Assembly (NCBI GenBank): GCA_012295275.1
Contig: CM022670.1
Location: 29,698,001 to 29,762,000, forward strand
Length of the DNA: 64,000 bases
Direction of reading: 5' to 3'
Source: Chrysomallon squamiferum
Taxonomy: Eukaryota; Animalia; Mollusca
The number at the start of each line of letters is the position of its first letter. Positions within the stretch are counted from its first letter, which is position 1. Position numbers and translations under genes: made by a program. This document shows positions 42,961 through 56,545 of this stretch, in pieces. The notes beneath the pieces were generated by a model that worked only from the letters and a program-made list of their open reading frames with translations, made no database searches and had not been told where the DNA came from.

Positions 42961-45900
42961 TGCATTTATATACATATACATATGTAATTATTTATGTATA
43001 AAAATATAAAAATATAAAAATGCATGCATGCATTCATGTATGTATATATGTACATACATATATGCATACAAATACACATGTAATACATAGCGAAATCAAA
43101 TTTTTGTTATTGTTCACCACACTTTTAGTTTTCAAAACACTGAAATTATACGAAGCTTAAGTTCATTGTTCATTTTACACGTTCATAACACGATTTTGTT
43201 TTGTCATATTGCCATATTAATATAAAATGTCTCAAATATCTCATATATTTGTTCGGAAAATTACCAACACTTTCTCCATGACTGATGCGTATCTGATTGA
43301 AAATCTAATTAGCTACTCTTCAAAGAATTCTCCAAATAAAAGAAAATACATTACTTATTCTGTCTGCATATTATCAAACCATTTTAATAAATCTCCAGAT
43401 TTGATCTTATCAAAGCTCACCAGAGTACACCGCTCTTGTTTGACACAGAGGCGTAGATAAACTGGATATAACTGATAAAAGATCTAGATTTATTAATAAT
43501 AACTGGAAGAGTAATTCGAGTCGACAAACCGGCGAGATACGACCACGGAAGAAAGTAGCGTCACTTAATCAAATATTGGTTGCAAGATAATACGTGAAGA
43601 ACCATATGACACTGCGACAAGTCCCAAGAGAAAGACGTATGTTATAAAATGTAAGACAAATATAAAATGTAATCTTAATATATATATATATATGTAGTCT
43701 GTGTGTGTATTTGTGAGTTATTGTTTGTGAGTGTATGTATGTATGTATGTATGTATGTACATATATGTAGTGGTTATGTATATATGTATTCATGTGTGTG
43801 TACGTACGTATACAAATACGTATACATATACATACATAATAAATATAATAAGTAAATGATACGTAATACATTTTGTAATAATGACTTATTAACATTATCT
43901 CGCTTACTTCTGTTTTTCATTCCGCACACTGTGTACATTTACCTTTATAATTATAATGATAGTAACAACAACAGCAACAACAACGCCAACAATAAAAACA
44001 CTTACCTTAGATCATCCAAGGTAAATCGAGAACGAAATAATTAAATTTGTAATCTTGTTAAATTCCACAAAAACGTTACAGAACAAAATAAATACAGGTT
44101 TCGTTGCCCTGCACGTAGAGTAAAATGTTTATGACGTCATAATAATTACCTTTGACCTTCATATCACAAAGCTGAGAGTGCATGCATTAATTATTTTACA
44201 GAAATTTGTTTTGTTTAATTAGAAATACAAGAAAGGTAGGTATATTTTTAAAATATAACTAACAGTTTATTTAATGAAAAGCTGCCCTCACAAAAAATAT
44301 CAAGTTTAACATATTAGGGCCGATAACTAAATAACGGGAAAAAAATTGATGTTCCATTGATGTTGTTTTTGCTGTTGTTGTTCATGTTCGTATTGTACTT
44401 GTTGTCGTTGTTGTTCTTCTTCTGACTGCTTATTTATTCATTCATTTATTCATTTGCTTGCTTATTTTAATAATAGTTTACTTACTAACTTAATGACCTA
44501 TTATAATTTTAAATCGACCATTTATATATAGCAACTGCTGTTTAAAAAAAAATTAAATAATAATATTAAAGAAAAAGGTAAATAAATAGTAAAAAGAAGA
44601 ATATAACTATATCGAAAGAAAAAGACTGGATGATAAATTTAAAACAATCAATTCAGCTATAACCTAAATGAATACATCACTATTACGTTAATGTATTACA
44701 TAAACTGTTATCAATAGTATTATTATTATCATCATCATCATAATTATTGTTATTATTCTTGTTATTATCATCATCATCGTCGTCATCATTATTAATAGTC
44801 TATTATTAGTAGTAGTATTACTCCCAGCTGTCGATGAACACGTGAAGACGTAATGACGGCTGTAATTCTGGTAAACGATACTGGGTGGGTGTGGAAGCGT
44901 ATAAATATAATTCACCATCATTAAAACAAGTCACTGATCCGATGCGGATATAATAACCATTAATAACAGTGTTAAAAATGTACTGATATACTTATTTCTT
45001 CATCACATATCATACTGTTTATTTTTTTAAAGTTTTATTCTGTTTTTAATAAATTATTATCTGAATATCCTTATTATTATTGCTGTTGTTACTGTTGTTG
45101 CTGCAGCTTCTGTTGATAGAGTAGTGGTTGTTGTCTTATAGTTGTTATACAAAGAGATAGTATAAAGGAAAACTATTTCAAGAATTCAGAAGAAGCCCAG
45201 CTATACTGGTCTTCGCAATGGTTGTATTTTTTTATTCAGTTGGTCAAGCATCTTGTTCTATATATCCCTCTTTATGCGACGTATTTACACAAGAACTAAA
45301 TATATTCCCCATCAACGAGGTAGTCAGTTAGATACAATACACAAAATTATCTGTTGATTTGTTTTTCTAGATCCATTTGTTTCGATTATTTAAAAAATTT
45401 CCTAGCCGGCATTCAAGATTCAAATCATTAGTTTCAAGATAGTACGTGCGCCATCTATACCAAACGGGTTTTCCATCCAATTTGGAAAATTGTTTTTACG
45501 ATTAATTATACAATTTAACGCTGAAAAAAATACGCCTCCATGCAGTTTAATTCTGGGTAATTCCTAGTCTTATTCGAGGCCATTAATCAGCAAGTCGTTC
45601 AGAATCCCACTCTGGGATAATCGTCAGCAGACGACTTCCTCCACGTGCCTGAGATGCAGCAAGGAGACTGCGTTTTCGCGCCAACTGATTCTGCAAACGT
45701 CTGATTAGTAGTAATTCGGTCGTGACGAATCGAAGGAAGTAGATTCGTTATCGATCATTCTCATCGAAAGACAACTACCGCAACTGCTTTAGCTCAATAA
45801 CCAGCACATATTGCTGCATCAAAACTGTAAATTGTCCGTGTTCTGTGCTCTGCTAGCACAACTAAGGATAGTATATTTACGGAATATTTATTTTAAAATT

Positions 45901-47142
45901 ATTTATGAAAATATTTTCTTTATACTTGTATAGAACGAAAATTTCGTAATATGGTGATTATTTTAGAAGTTTATTTTTCCATTTAAATGAAAATATTTTA
46001 AATAAATTAATCAAGCAAAATCAAAGTGGTACCTGAGCATGCTACATTATATATAAAAAAAACTGAGTCAGATACTTTTCGGAATATTATTTCAGAAGTA
46101 TATTTTTTCATTTAAACGAAAATATTTTACTTTAAATTGATCCACCCAAATTTATTTGTAAAACTTGTGTATGCCTGAAGTATGTAGGTATGTGAATAAA
46201 GGAAGGTTGCAGTATTTTAGAATATTAATATCTTGGAAAAATAAATATTTCACAAATTAACTTTTTTATTTAAATGAAAATATATTGTTGTTGTTTTTTT
46301 TTTTTTAGTGTATCAAATGTCGTAGCTATATGCAGCAGACGAGGACAGCTGATTTTCGGAATGATTATCTTTTTTCTGAATTTACAGGTTAACTTTTCGT
46401 CTAACTGACCATAAATAACTAAGAAGTTTTAATAAGATTATTATATTTCGAATATTTCTCAGTTTAACCAACGTATGAAGTTTGGCTTCATTTAGAAGTT
46501 ATCTTTTAACAAAATGAACATCAGTTTTTCATAAGATAATTATATGTAAAATATTTCTCATTCCAGCCAGCGCTCCAGAGTTGTACTAAATTTTCAACGC
46601 GTCAGTTAATTCACACCCCAGCCTCACTCTGCATTTATATATATTTCAATCACGTAATTTATATCAAAGGGAAAAAATTATATTAATATCTCAACAATTA
46701 ACATGATAATAACTTTTCGCAGTTTGTTCTTTCTAACAATGAAAACGAAGTGTTGAACATTTAGATAAAAAAAAAAAAAAAAAAATGCATTTAACAGTCT
46801 GTGTCGAAAATATTATCTTTTTTCTGTTCATTCATTAATAGTTAAAATAAAAAATTCATGTCAGTTTTAGCACTGATCTCAAATAAATATGATAGATAAG
46901 CTTATTAACAGTTCTGCCGTAAAAATGTTATGACATTATTCGCTATAACCAGTGGGTGATAATAGCGTGGATCAAACCGTGTTTAATGATGAAGAACAGA
47001 TATTTTACATTTAGTAGAATATTAAAAAAAATTAAAAAAAAACATACGAGAAAAAACATACACCATCTATGACAAAAAGATTTGGATCAGTACAAATATA
47101 CATTAGAATCAAATAATAATATATATTCAATAGCTAAGGTGT

Positions 47143-47174
<32 letters not shown>

Positions 47175-47659
47175 CACATGCACTCATACACACACAAAAC
47201 TGCAGAAGCAAGTTATGATCCTATATGTTTTGAAACTTATGCTTTCTATTCTATTCTCTATTTTTGTTATCTATGCTGTGCTTATTAGTATACAGTTCAG
47301 TAATAATGTTAATCTGAATGATGAAAGGATCGGTTCTGATTTACGATTCTCAGTATCAGGCTGCTGGCATCTATATATCGTGACTGAATATTGGTAACCT
47401 ACAGGTGATGATGGTTTGTGTGCTTTTTCTCACACAGTGTACATGCAAACACTTTCGACATGAGAGTTACGGAACGCTGAATTTATTACGATCTTTTACC
47501 ACAGATAGTTCTAGAACTAGGATTACATTGTTTCTTCTACTATTTCCTCTCATTTCCGACATTATTAACAGTGTATCATAGAATGTGACTGAAACCAGAC
47601 TTAACTGCGGTCTGATAAACGTAAACGGTCTAGTCATGCAAGCACATCACACCGGTTAA

Positions 47660-47699
47660 ATTCCCGCGCTCGGTTACTGACGTCATTAAAAGCGGAAGT
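47660..47699. promoter_or_regulatory. Cluster of E2F-like (ttcccgcg), CRE (tgacgtca) and ETS (gcggaagt) motifs
   Basis: Three CpG-containing motifs within 40 bp in very AT-rich DNA. Motif match only. Confidence 0.3.
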
Positions 47700-47985
47700 T
47701 CTGTTTGTTCTTCTTCACTACTAGTAACGATTTTTTCAACTAAAAACTGTTTGCTTTCAAAGGATTCGATTACAGTTAGTTATTTGAAATCATTTTGATA
47801 CCACTTGATTAGAAAAATAATTGTTCTTGAAAGGACCTCTTTTCAACTAAGTAATTCCATTTATTGGTATAACAACCTTCCGTATGCATGCTTGAATTAA
47901 TTTATTATCTAGAGTATAATTGCAAAAATAACTTAAAAATAATTGTTTATTATAAATAAGAACAAAGTAAAAGGTATTCAATATA

Positions 47986-48029
<44 letters not shown>

Positions 48030-48164
48030 TTCGGTACTGCATAATTTCATAAAGATGAAAAAAAAAAAAAGCATAGTTCAGCTATTTTGTGGTTATTTTT
48101 GATATACGTAAGGGGAGATTGGTTGCTGTGTTGACTTTAACTTAAAATATAAAATGATATAAAC

Positions 48165-48232
<68 letters not shown>

Positions 48233-50319
48233 TCTGTTCGTAGAAATATGTAAAAAGGTAATATAATAATTATATCTTTTCTTCTTCCATTTTATTTTAC
48301 TTTATTTTATTTTTTAACGACCTCTTTCTAAATTTTCCTGACTGATCACTTTACCAATTTATCAAATCGACCATGCTCTGTGTCTAATGTCCGTGCTTGC
48401 TTGAAATCAGGCACGATTAAATAGATTCATCAGCAAAAAAACACTATTCCACAGGAACACTTTACTCACAAATAGGTTTTCAGATGCCACTTTAATCGTT
48501 CTTTACTGTGTTGTTACTCCTTTTTTGGCTATTATAAAATGCAAATCTTTCTTGTCTCTGCTTGACGACAGACGCTGAAACACGCCATAGCTGACATCGA
48601 GTCTCCCAGACACTATGCGTCCAGCTATTAGATCATTATTAGACATGAAGTGCGATTTGTTTTCATTATCAGTGATCAAATTTATCTCTGACCCTTTTGA
48701 TATATTGTACTGTACACAGAATACCACAAACGCATAAAGACATATTGGTTTCAAGTGGTTATATATAGAGTGCAGAGTGAAATCTTTGGGTATGAAAACA
48801 CTTGAAACCAGAACCGCTGAAGAGATTAGATGTTTAACTATAAAAGAAAGAAGTAGTGGACAATAACACACTGGAGAATAAATCTTTCCATTTTTTAAAT
48901 AACGTTGGTTTTATTTTATTTTTTATTTTGTATTATTATTTCCCCGAGATAAACATCGCTCTTTTAATCATCATAGCTGAAGAATCGTTTTAAATCTATG
49001 GTTTCATATATTTTTTAATGTCAAATAATTCATAAAAAGTTTACTTTCACTAGTTGACATTACACCGTTAAAAGGGTTAGCTCACTTTAATTACATTTCT
49101 AACACGGTCGATGTGTGAATAAACATTCTACATGGTCAAAACAGATTGTTGGGATGATTATTAATTCGGAAGAAAATGCGAAAACGTTACGGATATTACA
49201 GATCACGCAATAGTTATTAATACTATTGTAACTATGGGTAACATAATGCAAAATTATATGAGCAGATGATAATTTAAATTTCAGGTGTACATGTATTTCA
49301 TAGCTACAAATACATATACATACATAAACAGACATACATATATACATACATATATTCATACACAAGTATTAATTTAGCAGTAAATAACAACAGTAATTAA
49401 AATTAAAATACCTCATTTCTACAGATAATGATGGAATTAAATCTGAAAGTGATACCATAAATTTATTTTATATAACATTTTGTATTATGTTTATTCCTTC
49501 TTTTTTCTTCTCTTTTTTTTTCCATTATGTATATCTTTTGATGGTTACGTTTATGTATATATGTATATCTTTTTTCCTCGTAGATTGGATTCAGACATTC
49601 TTTCTTTCTCTCTTTCGTATCATCTAGTTATCTTTGTGTGTGTGTATGTGTCTTTCGCTCTCTCTTTTTCTCTTTCTTCTCTCATACACACACACACACA
49701 CACACATACACACACATATATATAATTTATTTATGTGGAGATGCTATACTTCAACCAAACACTTTGTTTATTATGAGTGACAGTTTCAGAAAAAATCTAA
49801 AATATCTTACACTAAATTACTTCAGCTCCCGAGATGACGGCCATTAAGACTAATAAAAAAGGACTACGTTTCTCGTGATCATTTTTTCTTCCATGTCTGG
49901 GTGTTTTATCCATCGATTTTGTCTGTAATGAAATATTAGCTGATCACATTTACTAGAAATAATTAGCTGATTGTGTGGAGACCTTGCCTTCCTACTTTCA
50001 GCATTTTGTTCCTTGTAACCGCCTTGAACGATGAGCTCGTTCATACATATTATCATTAGCTATATTTTTGTATATCACTACAACTGTTTGTAAACTTATA
50101 CATTTAAAAAAAAAACATGTTATGTTTCCTGCTTGTTTAAGCAGTCTTAAAGTTGGAAGCGTGACCAACATGTACAGTTTATTTTTACCCGAACTGGAAC
50201 TTAGTTGTTAATGCGCAGAGTTGATGTATGATGGGTGGCAAGTACGCCTCTCTTGAGCGAGCCGACCAGTTTGTATCCAATTTCTGTCTGTGCTTATGAC
50301 TATTTTATCAAAAGCCTAT

Positions 50320-51062
50320 CCTATCTGTGTACGTTCTATCTTTTCTGTGTACGTCCTATCTTATCTGTGTATGTTCTATCTTTTCTGTGTACGCACTATC
50401 GTATCTGTGCACGTCCTCTTTTCTGTGTACGCACTATTGTATCTGTGTACGTCCTATCATGTCTGTGTACGTCCTATCTTATCTGTGTATGTCCTACCTT
50501 ATATGTGTACGTCCTATCTTATCTATGTGCGTCCTGTCTTATCTGTGTACGTCCTATCTTTTATGTGTACGTCCTATCTTATCTGTGTACGTCCTATCAC
50601 ATCTGTCTACGTCCTATCACATCTGTGTACGTCCTATTATGTCTGTGTACGTCCTATCTTATCTGTGTGCGTCCTGTCTTATATGTGTACGTCCTATCTT
50701 ATATGTGTACGTCCTATCTTTTCTGTGTACGTCCTGTCTTATCTGTGTACGTCCTATCATGTCTGTGTACGTCCTATCTTATCTGTGTGCGTCCTGTCTT
50801 ATATGTGTACGTCCTATCATGTCTGTGTACGTCCTGTCTTATCTGTGTGCGTCCTGTCTTATCTGTGTACGTCCTATCTTATATGTGTACGTCCTATCTT
50901 TTCTGAGTACGTCCTATCATATATATGTAAGTTCTATCATCTGTGTACGTCCTATCATGTCTGTGTACATCCTATCTTATCTGTGTATGTCCTATCTTAT
51001 ATGTGTACGTCCTATCTTATATATGTGCGTCCTGTCTTATCTGTGTATGTCCTATCTTATCT
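50320..51062. repeat. 20-bp minisatellite (consensus atctgtgtacgtcctatctt), roughly 36-37 copies
   Basis: Directly visible tandem array. Explains the three overlapping 223-284 aa ORFs. Confidence 0.97.
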
Positions 51063-51899
51063 GGACAGATGCAAAGAAAAGAATATTTTGCTACGCTTCC
51101 AAAAATATTATACCATCGAGTTATACAGTCATTAATCAAATGTACACGACAACATATAAAAGTAAATTAATAATGTATTAAATATGTTGTTAAATAAACC
51201 ACAATCATCTTCAAAATATATTTGTAAATACATATTATAACTAAACTAAACATGGTAGTTTTGCATTTTATTCTGTAGTATGGAGAGGTTGTCTTGTCTG
51301 TCTTGCATCAAAGCAATTTAATGATTATTAACAAATGCAAGACAAAATGTTTAAATGTAACAAAATGCAGACTTTCTCCAAATTAAAATGCAATAAAAAT
51401 AAAGTATTAGAAGCTATTGAACGAGTACACTGATAAAATGACCTTCTTGAAGTATATGATTATTATCTGAAGCTGTGTTTGACTTATATACTTTTATATT
51501 TTTCGATATAAATATTTAAATCATATAAAAATAAATCTAAAATATCCTCGATTCTGTAGACATGGTCTCCCCCAGGTGACTGTTTCGTTTATAAGGTTTT
51601 CCAAAAAAAACCAAAATAATGATGATTTAGAAACCTTTACAATGTTGATTTAGAAACCTTTACAATGTTTTGTTACTGATTCATATTTTAGACTTTTATG
51701 ATACAAAGATTCCTGGAATTTTCGTAATTTGTTTTCTTTTCTTTTTCTTTTTTTTTACTTTAGCTTTTGTAGTATGAAAAATACCTGACAAAAGTACACT
51801 CATAGTACGAAGCGGAATCAATAATATGGTCGATTCATCATGAAAACACACTGGATATGTTTTTATCAGACAATGCACCGAAGTTTATAGACGAATATC

Positions 51900-52468
51900 T
51901 AGCAAAAATGGCCGTGGAGGCATCTCTGCTGTGTTGTTTTTGCGTTTTTGTGCAGTATTTTGCCAAATTTCTTCTTTCTGACCAATGATCGTAAGAAAGT
52001 GAATGCTAAATACTGTGCTGAGAAGAAGAAGCGGATGATGTCCATTGAATTAAAGCATAGAAAAATTTCAGCGAGGTGTGCATGTAGTCGACTTAGCTGG
52101 GCAGTATGAGCGTAGTACTTCTATGATATATACCATACTGAAGCTGAAGGAATAGATAAAGGCTGTAACTCCAGCCAAATGTGTTAAAACAATTTGTCTG
52201 ATCTCCGAGAAGTAATAGAGTTTACAAAACCAATTTATTTCTTTACATTCTCTTTTATTTAGTTTTTTTTATACAATATTTGTCATTTATAAATACATTT
52301 TGATTATTTAAAAACACGTTACAAAAACATGGGGTGGTTTTGAGGGCTGGAACGGAATAATGGTATTTCAATTAATTTCAGTGGGAAAAATTGATTTGTT
52401 ATACGAGAGATTGAATTACGAGCTCAGCCACGAAACAAATTAAACTGGTAAGTCGAGGTACCACTGTA
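51900..52468 (+). mobile_element. Internally deleted Tigger/pogo DNA transposon (degenerate CENP-B-type HTH + 3' TIR)
   Basis: About 51985-52192 translates, with frameshift and stop, to KKVNAK...KKKRMMSIELK...RGVHVVDLAGQYERSTSMIYTILK.KE*IKAVTPAK (TIGD/Tigger N-terminus). Right end reads gtaagtcgaggtaccactg followed by TA. Left boundary is approximate. Confidence 0.85.
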
Positions 52469-52503
52469 TTTATTTATTTCTGCATTAATATTTATCCCTC
52501 ATA

Positions 52504-52571
<68 letters not shown>

Positions 52572-52778
52572 CATTTTTTTGTTTACTTTATTCTATATGT
52601 TTTCATGTTGTTGGATAGTGTTAAAAGGAAGTTTGTTAATATCAACAAAAATCATTTAGAATTTTGATGTCTATATTATTATTGTTGTTGTTGTTGTTGT
52701 TGTTGTTGTTTTTGGTTGGTAATTTTAGTTGGCGTTTTTTGCTGGTTTTTTTTTTTTTTTTTTGACAGGTTTGTATTT

Positions 52779-52809
<31 letters not shown>

Positions 52810-53264
52810 TTTTTGAAAGGCTGAATGTATTGTTTTATTTGTTTTCTTCTTATTCTTTTTCTCGAGCAACTATGACCATGAAAGTTTCTTTACTTGAAAC
52901 TCAACTGGTTTATTTCATAAAACTGAAAATCAATGTACATATATTTTTTCTATATTAATAATTAATATTTATCCCTCATACATTTTTAATTCATAATATC
53001 TATTACACTTTGGAACTGTTGTCTTGCAAATGAAATATGAAACGTTTCTGTTTTGAAAGTCACCTAAATAATTTACATCGGCGAACAAACCGCTAAAACG
53101 GATAATAGCTAATTTAACGCTTAAAAGAAATTTTAAAGTTTTTGTTTTGTATACAATTTACACATTCGTACTCGGAATATAGAGTGCGTCTTCTGAAAGT
53201 CCTTCGGGTAAGTAAGAAAATGCAATAACTATTTGTCAACAATAATAAGTTTCAAAGTGCAAAA

Positions 53265-53313
<49 letters not shown>

Positions 53314-53553
53314 CAGATTAATTTTTATAATAATAATTTGATTAATTTAATTAATATAACCTTTATATATATATATGTATGTATGTGTGTATGTATATAT
53401 ATGCATGTATGTATTTTTTTTGTTCCCCTTTTACAATAAATCTTAAGAACTAACACTATTTTTCCCACCTCCATATAAAAAAGTTTTAAACACATATTAT
53501 ACATATTTTAAATTGTTAATAATAAAGGATATATTTCCAGCCTAACATTTAAA

Positions 53554-53736
53554 ATGATGAGACGGCGACCTCCTCGTGAGGGTCCTCCGCGGGGTAAAAG
53601 AAAGAATCCTGGGTATACTGAACCCCTCAGAGCTGAAGAACTTCTGACACCAGATGGCAGACTGACACCTCTGTCACAGTCAGCGAACATGAGCAAGGCG
53701 GATAAGAGAGAGTCGAAAATTTGTGTTATTTTATGA
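53554..53736 (+). CDS. Candidate 60-aa basic/proline-rich microprotein with C-terminal CaaX prenylation motif (CVIL)
   Basis: GC-richer non-repetitive island with AAAATG start context. Acceptor atttccag ends at 53540; upstream donor CGG|gtaagt at 53207/53208; AATAAA at 53756-53761. ORF ends exactly in CVIL*. Confidence 0.6.
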   Translation: MMRRRPPREGPPRGKRKNPGYTEPLRAEELLTPDGRLTPLSQSANMSKADKRESKICVIL

Positions 53737-56419
53737 ACCAAAATGATCACCAGGAAATAAAACTTTGGAATCAGTTTGATTACTGACAGAATAGTAAGTT
53801 ATCTGTGTCAGACGTATAATTTAACCTTTGTCTTTTTTTCTTTTTTCTTCTTTCTTAGAGTCTAATATTTTTGTTGTTTTATGAACCAAAACGATCACAG
53901 TAAAAAAAAAAGTGTGACTAGTTATTTGTGTAACGTTTATTATTTAATTCTCAGTCTTTTTATTTATTTATTTTTTTAAATTTATTTTATTTTATTATTA
54001 TTATTTTTGTTTTTAAAGTTTTCAATTCCTGGTGAAAATATATTGATTAGTATTAACTATTGTTTCTGGTGTAAAACTGAAGTGATATTTCTTTTTCAAA
54101 GCAAAGAAAATAATCACGTAAAATAAATGATGAAATGCCAAAAGAATTTTCAAATGTTGAAGAGGTTCTACATCAAATGAAACATTTATACACAATTTGT
54201 TTCTGTTACTACTATTCTACTCCTCTAATTATCATTACTACCAATATTACTACTGCTGCTGCTACTACAACTGAACTATTACTGCTAAGTAAATCCGAAA
54301 GGTTACACCATACTAAACATGACGATACACAACTGAGTACAGTAAAATATGAAGTTATAAATAAGTATTCTAATAATTCTATGTATTATTTTCATATAAC
54401 AACAGAATAATAATAATAATAATATATTAATTAATTTATTTATTTAAATCACTTATCTATATGTGAATATTGTTGATTTTTGTTTAGTTCCTTATACTAT
54501 AAATTATATTATAAATTTTCATAGCTTTCGTTCTACACATGAAACTTAATGAAGTTTAATAATGTATTGAGGGAGATTTGTTATTGTGGTTTACTGCATT
54601 ATTGAAAATGAAAACAGATCTACTGAATCGTATTTCAGCACACACAAAAAAAAACAGAGATGTATGGAGGGATGGAGAAATATAAAGATATAAAAGAAAA
54701 AAACTCAAAACGTAGATCATTCTACTGTTTATTTTTGTCTGATCTTGTAGAATGTTACCTCATTCTCCAGTGTATGCAATAAAATGTTTATCACGGAAAC
54801 ATGCTTAGAAATAATAATTGGTCCTGCACTAATCTCTCAAATAAAGATCATCACATGATCATACAAGAATTCAACAAGCAAAGTATTAGAACTTTGTATA
54901 CACTTTTGAAGTTGGAATGTTATAGAAAAATTATATTTTACTACATATTTTATAAATTAATCATACTCTTATTTTGTTTTGCAAATTAAAACATGAATTT
55001 AAAAAATATTATTTTGCACAAATATTTATGCACGGTTTCATTACAATGTAAAACCTTTAATATTAATATTAATAATAGTTATAATAATGATAATGATGAT
55101 AATAACAAAAGTAACAATAGTACTACTAATAATAATAATAAACGTTTTTTACGTATTGCTGACCTTAATTAACTTCCATTTCTACAAACCAACATATTTG
55201 TCATAAAAATCATTAAAAACATGGTTCACATAAATCTAAGATTTAATTAAGATATTCTAAAACAAAACAGTTCAAGGGCACCTGTCAAGTTCTTACCACT
55301 GTTAAAAGGTTTCTTATTTACTGAATAGCTAAACATTTTTGTCACACATTAGCTTCTAAGATTTCTGTGGCAGTAATAAAACAAAAGCAACATACAGACT
55401 CAAATACATATAAAATAGATTTTATTTTTATGATACCAAAGAATAATTTTACAAATAATTTGTGTGTGTGTGTGTGTGTGATAAACAAGTAAAAGAAGAA
55501 AAAAATAAAATAAAAATAAAATAAAGCAAAACAAAACAAAATGAAAAAAGATTTAACTGATTGTTAAATACAATTAAATTTGGACCAGTCAGTTTTCACA
55601 TACAAACAATTTGGTCTACACAGAATGAGAGAGACGTTGATACACATTTCAGTAATTTGAACCAATTTGGCAGTGACATTTTACTAGTTTTATTTAACTA
55701 ATAATGGAATAAATTCAAGAATGCTTTAAAAGTAGATATAGAAAAAAAAAAAAAAAAAATGAAAAAAAGAAACATTTTCCAAAGGGGTTCTTGAATTACA
55801 CTTCCTTGATTATTAAATCCTACACAATACAAACCATAGTGAATGCTTTTGTTTAGAATTTTTCAACAAGTGATGAACCTTCTGAATGCTGTAACAAATG
55901 TGTTACTTTCAAAAAACAGTAATGATCATTGGAGTCTTGTTAAAATATTAATAATCAGTGGTGTTATTGTTGATGTTGTTACAGTGTATTTATTGACTTT
56001 GAAAGGTGAATATAAAATATTCTTTATATTGTTTTAGTTAAAAAAATAAAATAAAAAAATACATAAATAATAATAATAATAATAATAATAAATGTTTCAC
56101 ATGGATATAACAGAGAAAATGATTTTATAAAATGTTATTAATGTGTATGCTTGAGTGATGTATGTATGTATTTGTTGTTTGTTTTATATTTTAACAAAGT
56201 TTACCAAGATGCCACTCTGTCGACATTTTACTGCAGTTGTTAAAAATTAATAAAAAATACAAAATACAAGCTGAATTACAATCACTGGAAAATATTTGTC
56301 TAAGGGAAGTTAATTAAAACTATAGCAAGATAACTATTATGTTCTTTCTGTAACATAAAAAAACAAAACAAACTGGATGTTTGACTTCAATCAGTTTCCT
56401 CTCACAGAGACATTAATGG

Positions 56420-56545
56420 CTGCAGGATCAATTCCCCTTGTAGCTCATTTTGGTTTATTTTCTATTCCAACCAGTGCTCTGTGATTTGTTTATCATGTGA
56501 TGTTTTTCTGTTTATGAAAAGGTAAATATATATTATAAAATATCT
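56420..56545 (+). mobile_element. Decayed SINE fragment of the same family
   Basis: ggatcaattcccc...ttttctattccaaccagtgctc...ataaaatatc. The related ttctcattccagccag core recurs near 36490 and 46555. Confidence 0.45.

Noticed and set aside
50235-51181. Three long ORFs (223-284 aa) and a superficially CRISPR-like array
   Set aside because: Pure 20-bp tandem repeat with no unique spacers and no cas genes, in a eukaryotic context. The ORFs result from a stop-free unit.
53508-53750. 80-aa minus-strand ORF
   Set aside because: Antisense to the better-supported CaaX ORF, with no splice or start-context support.
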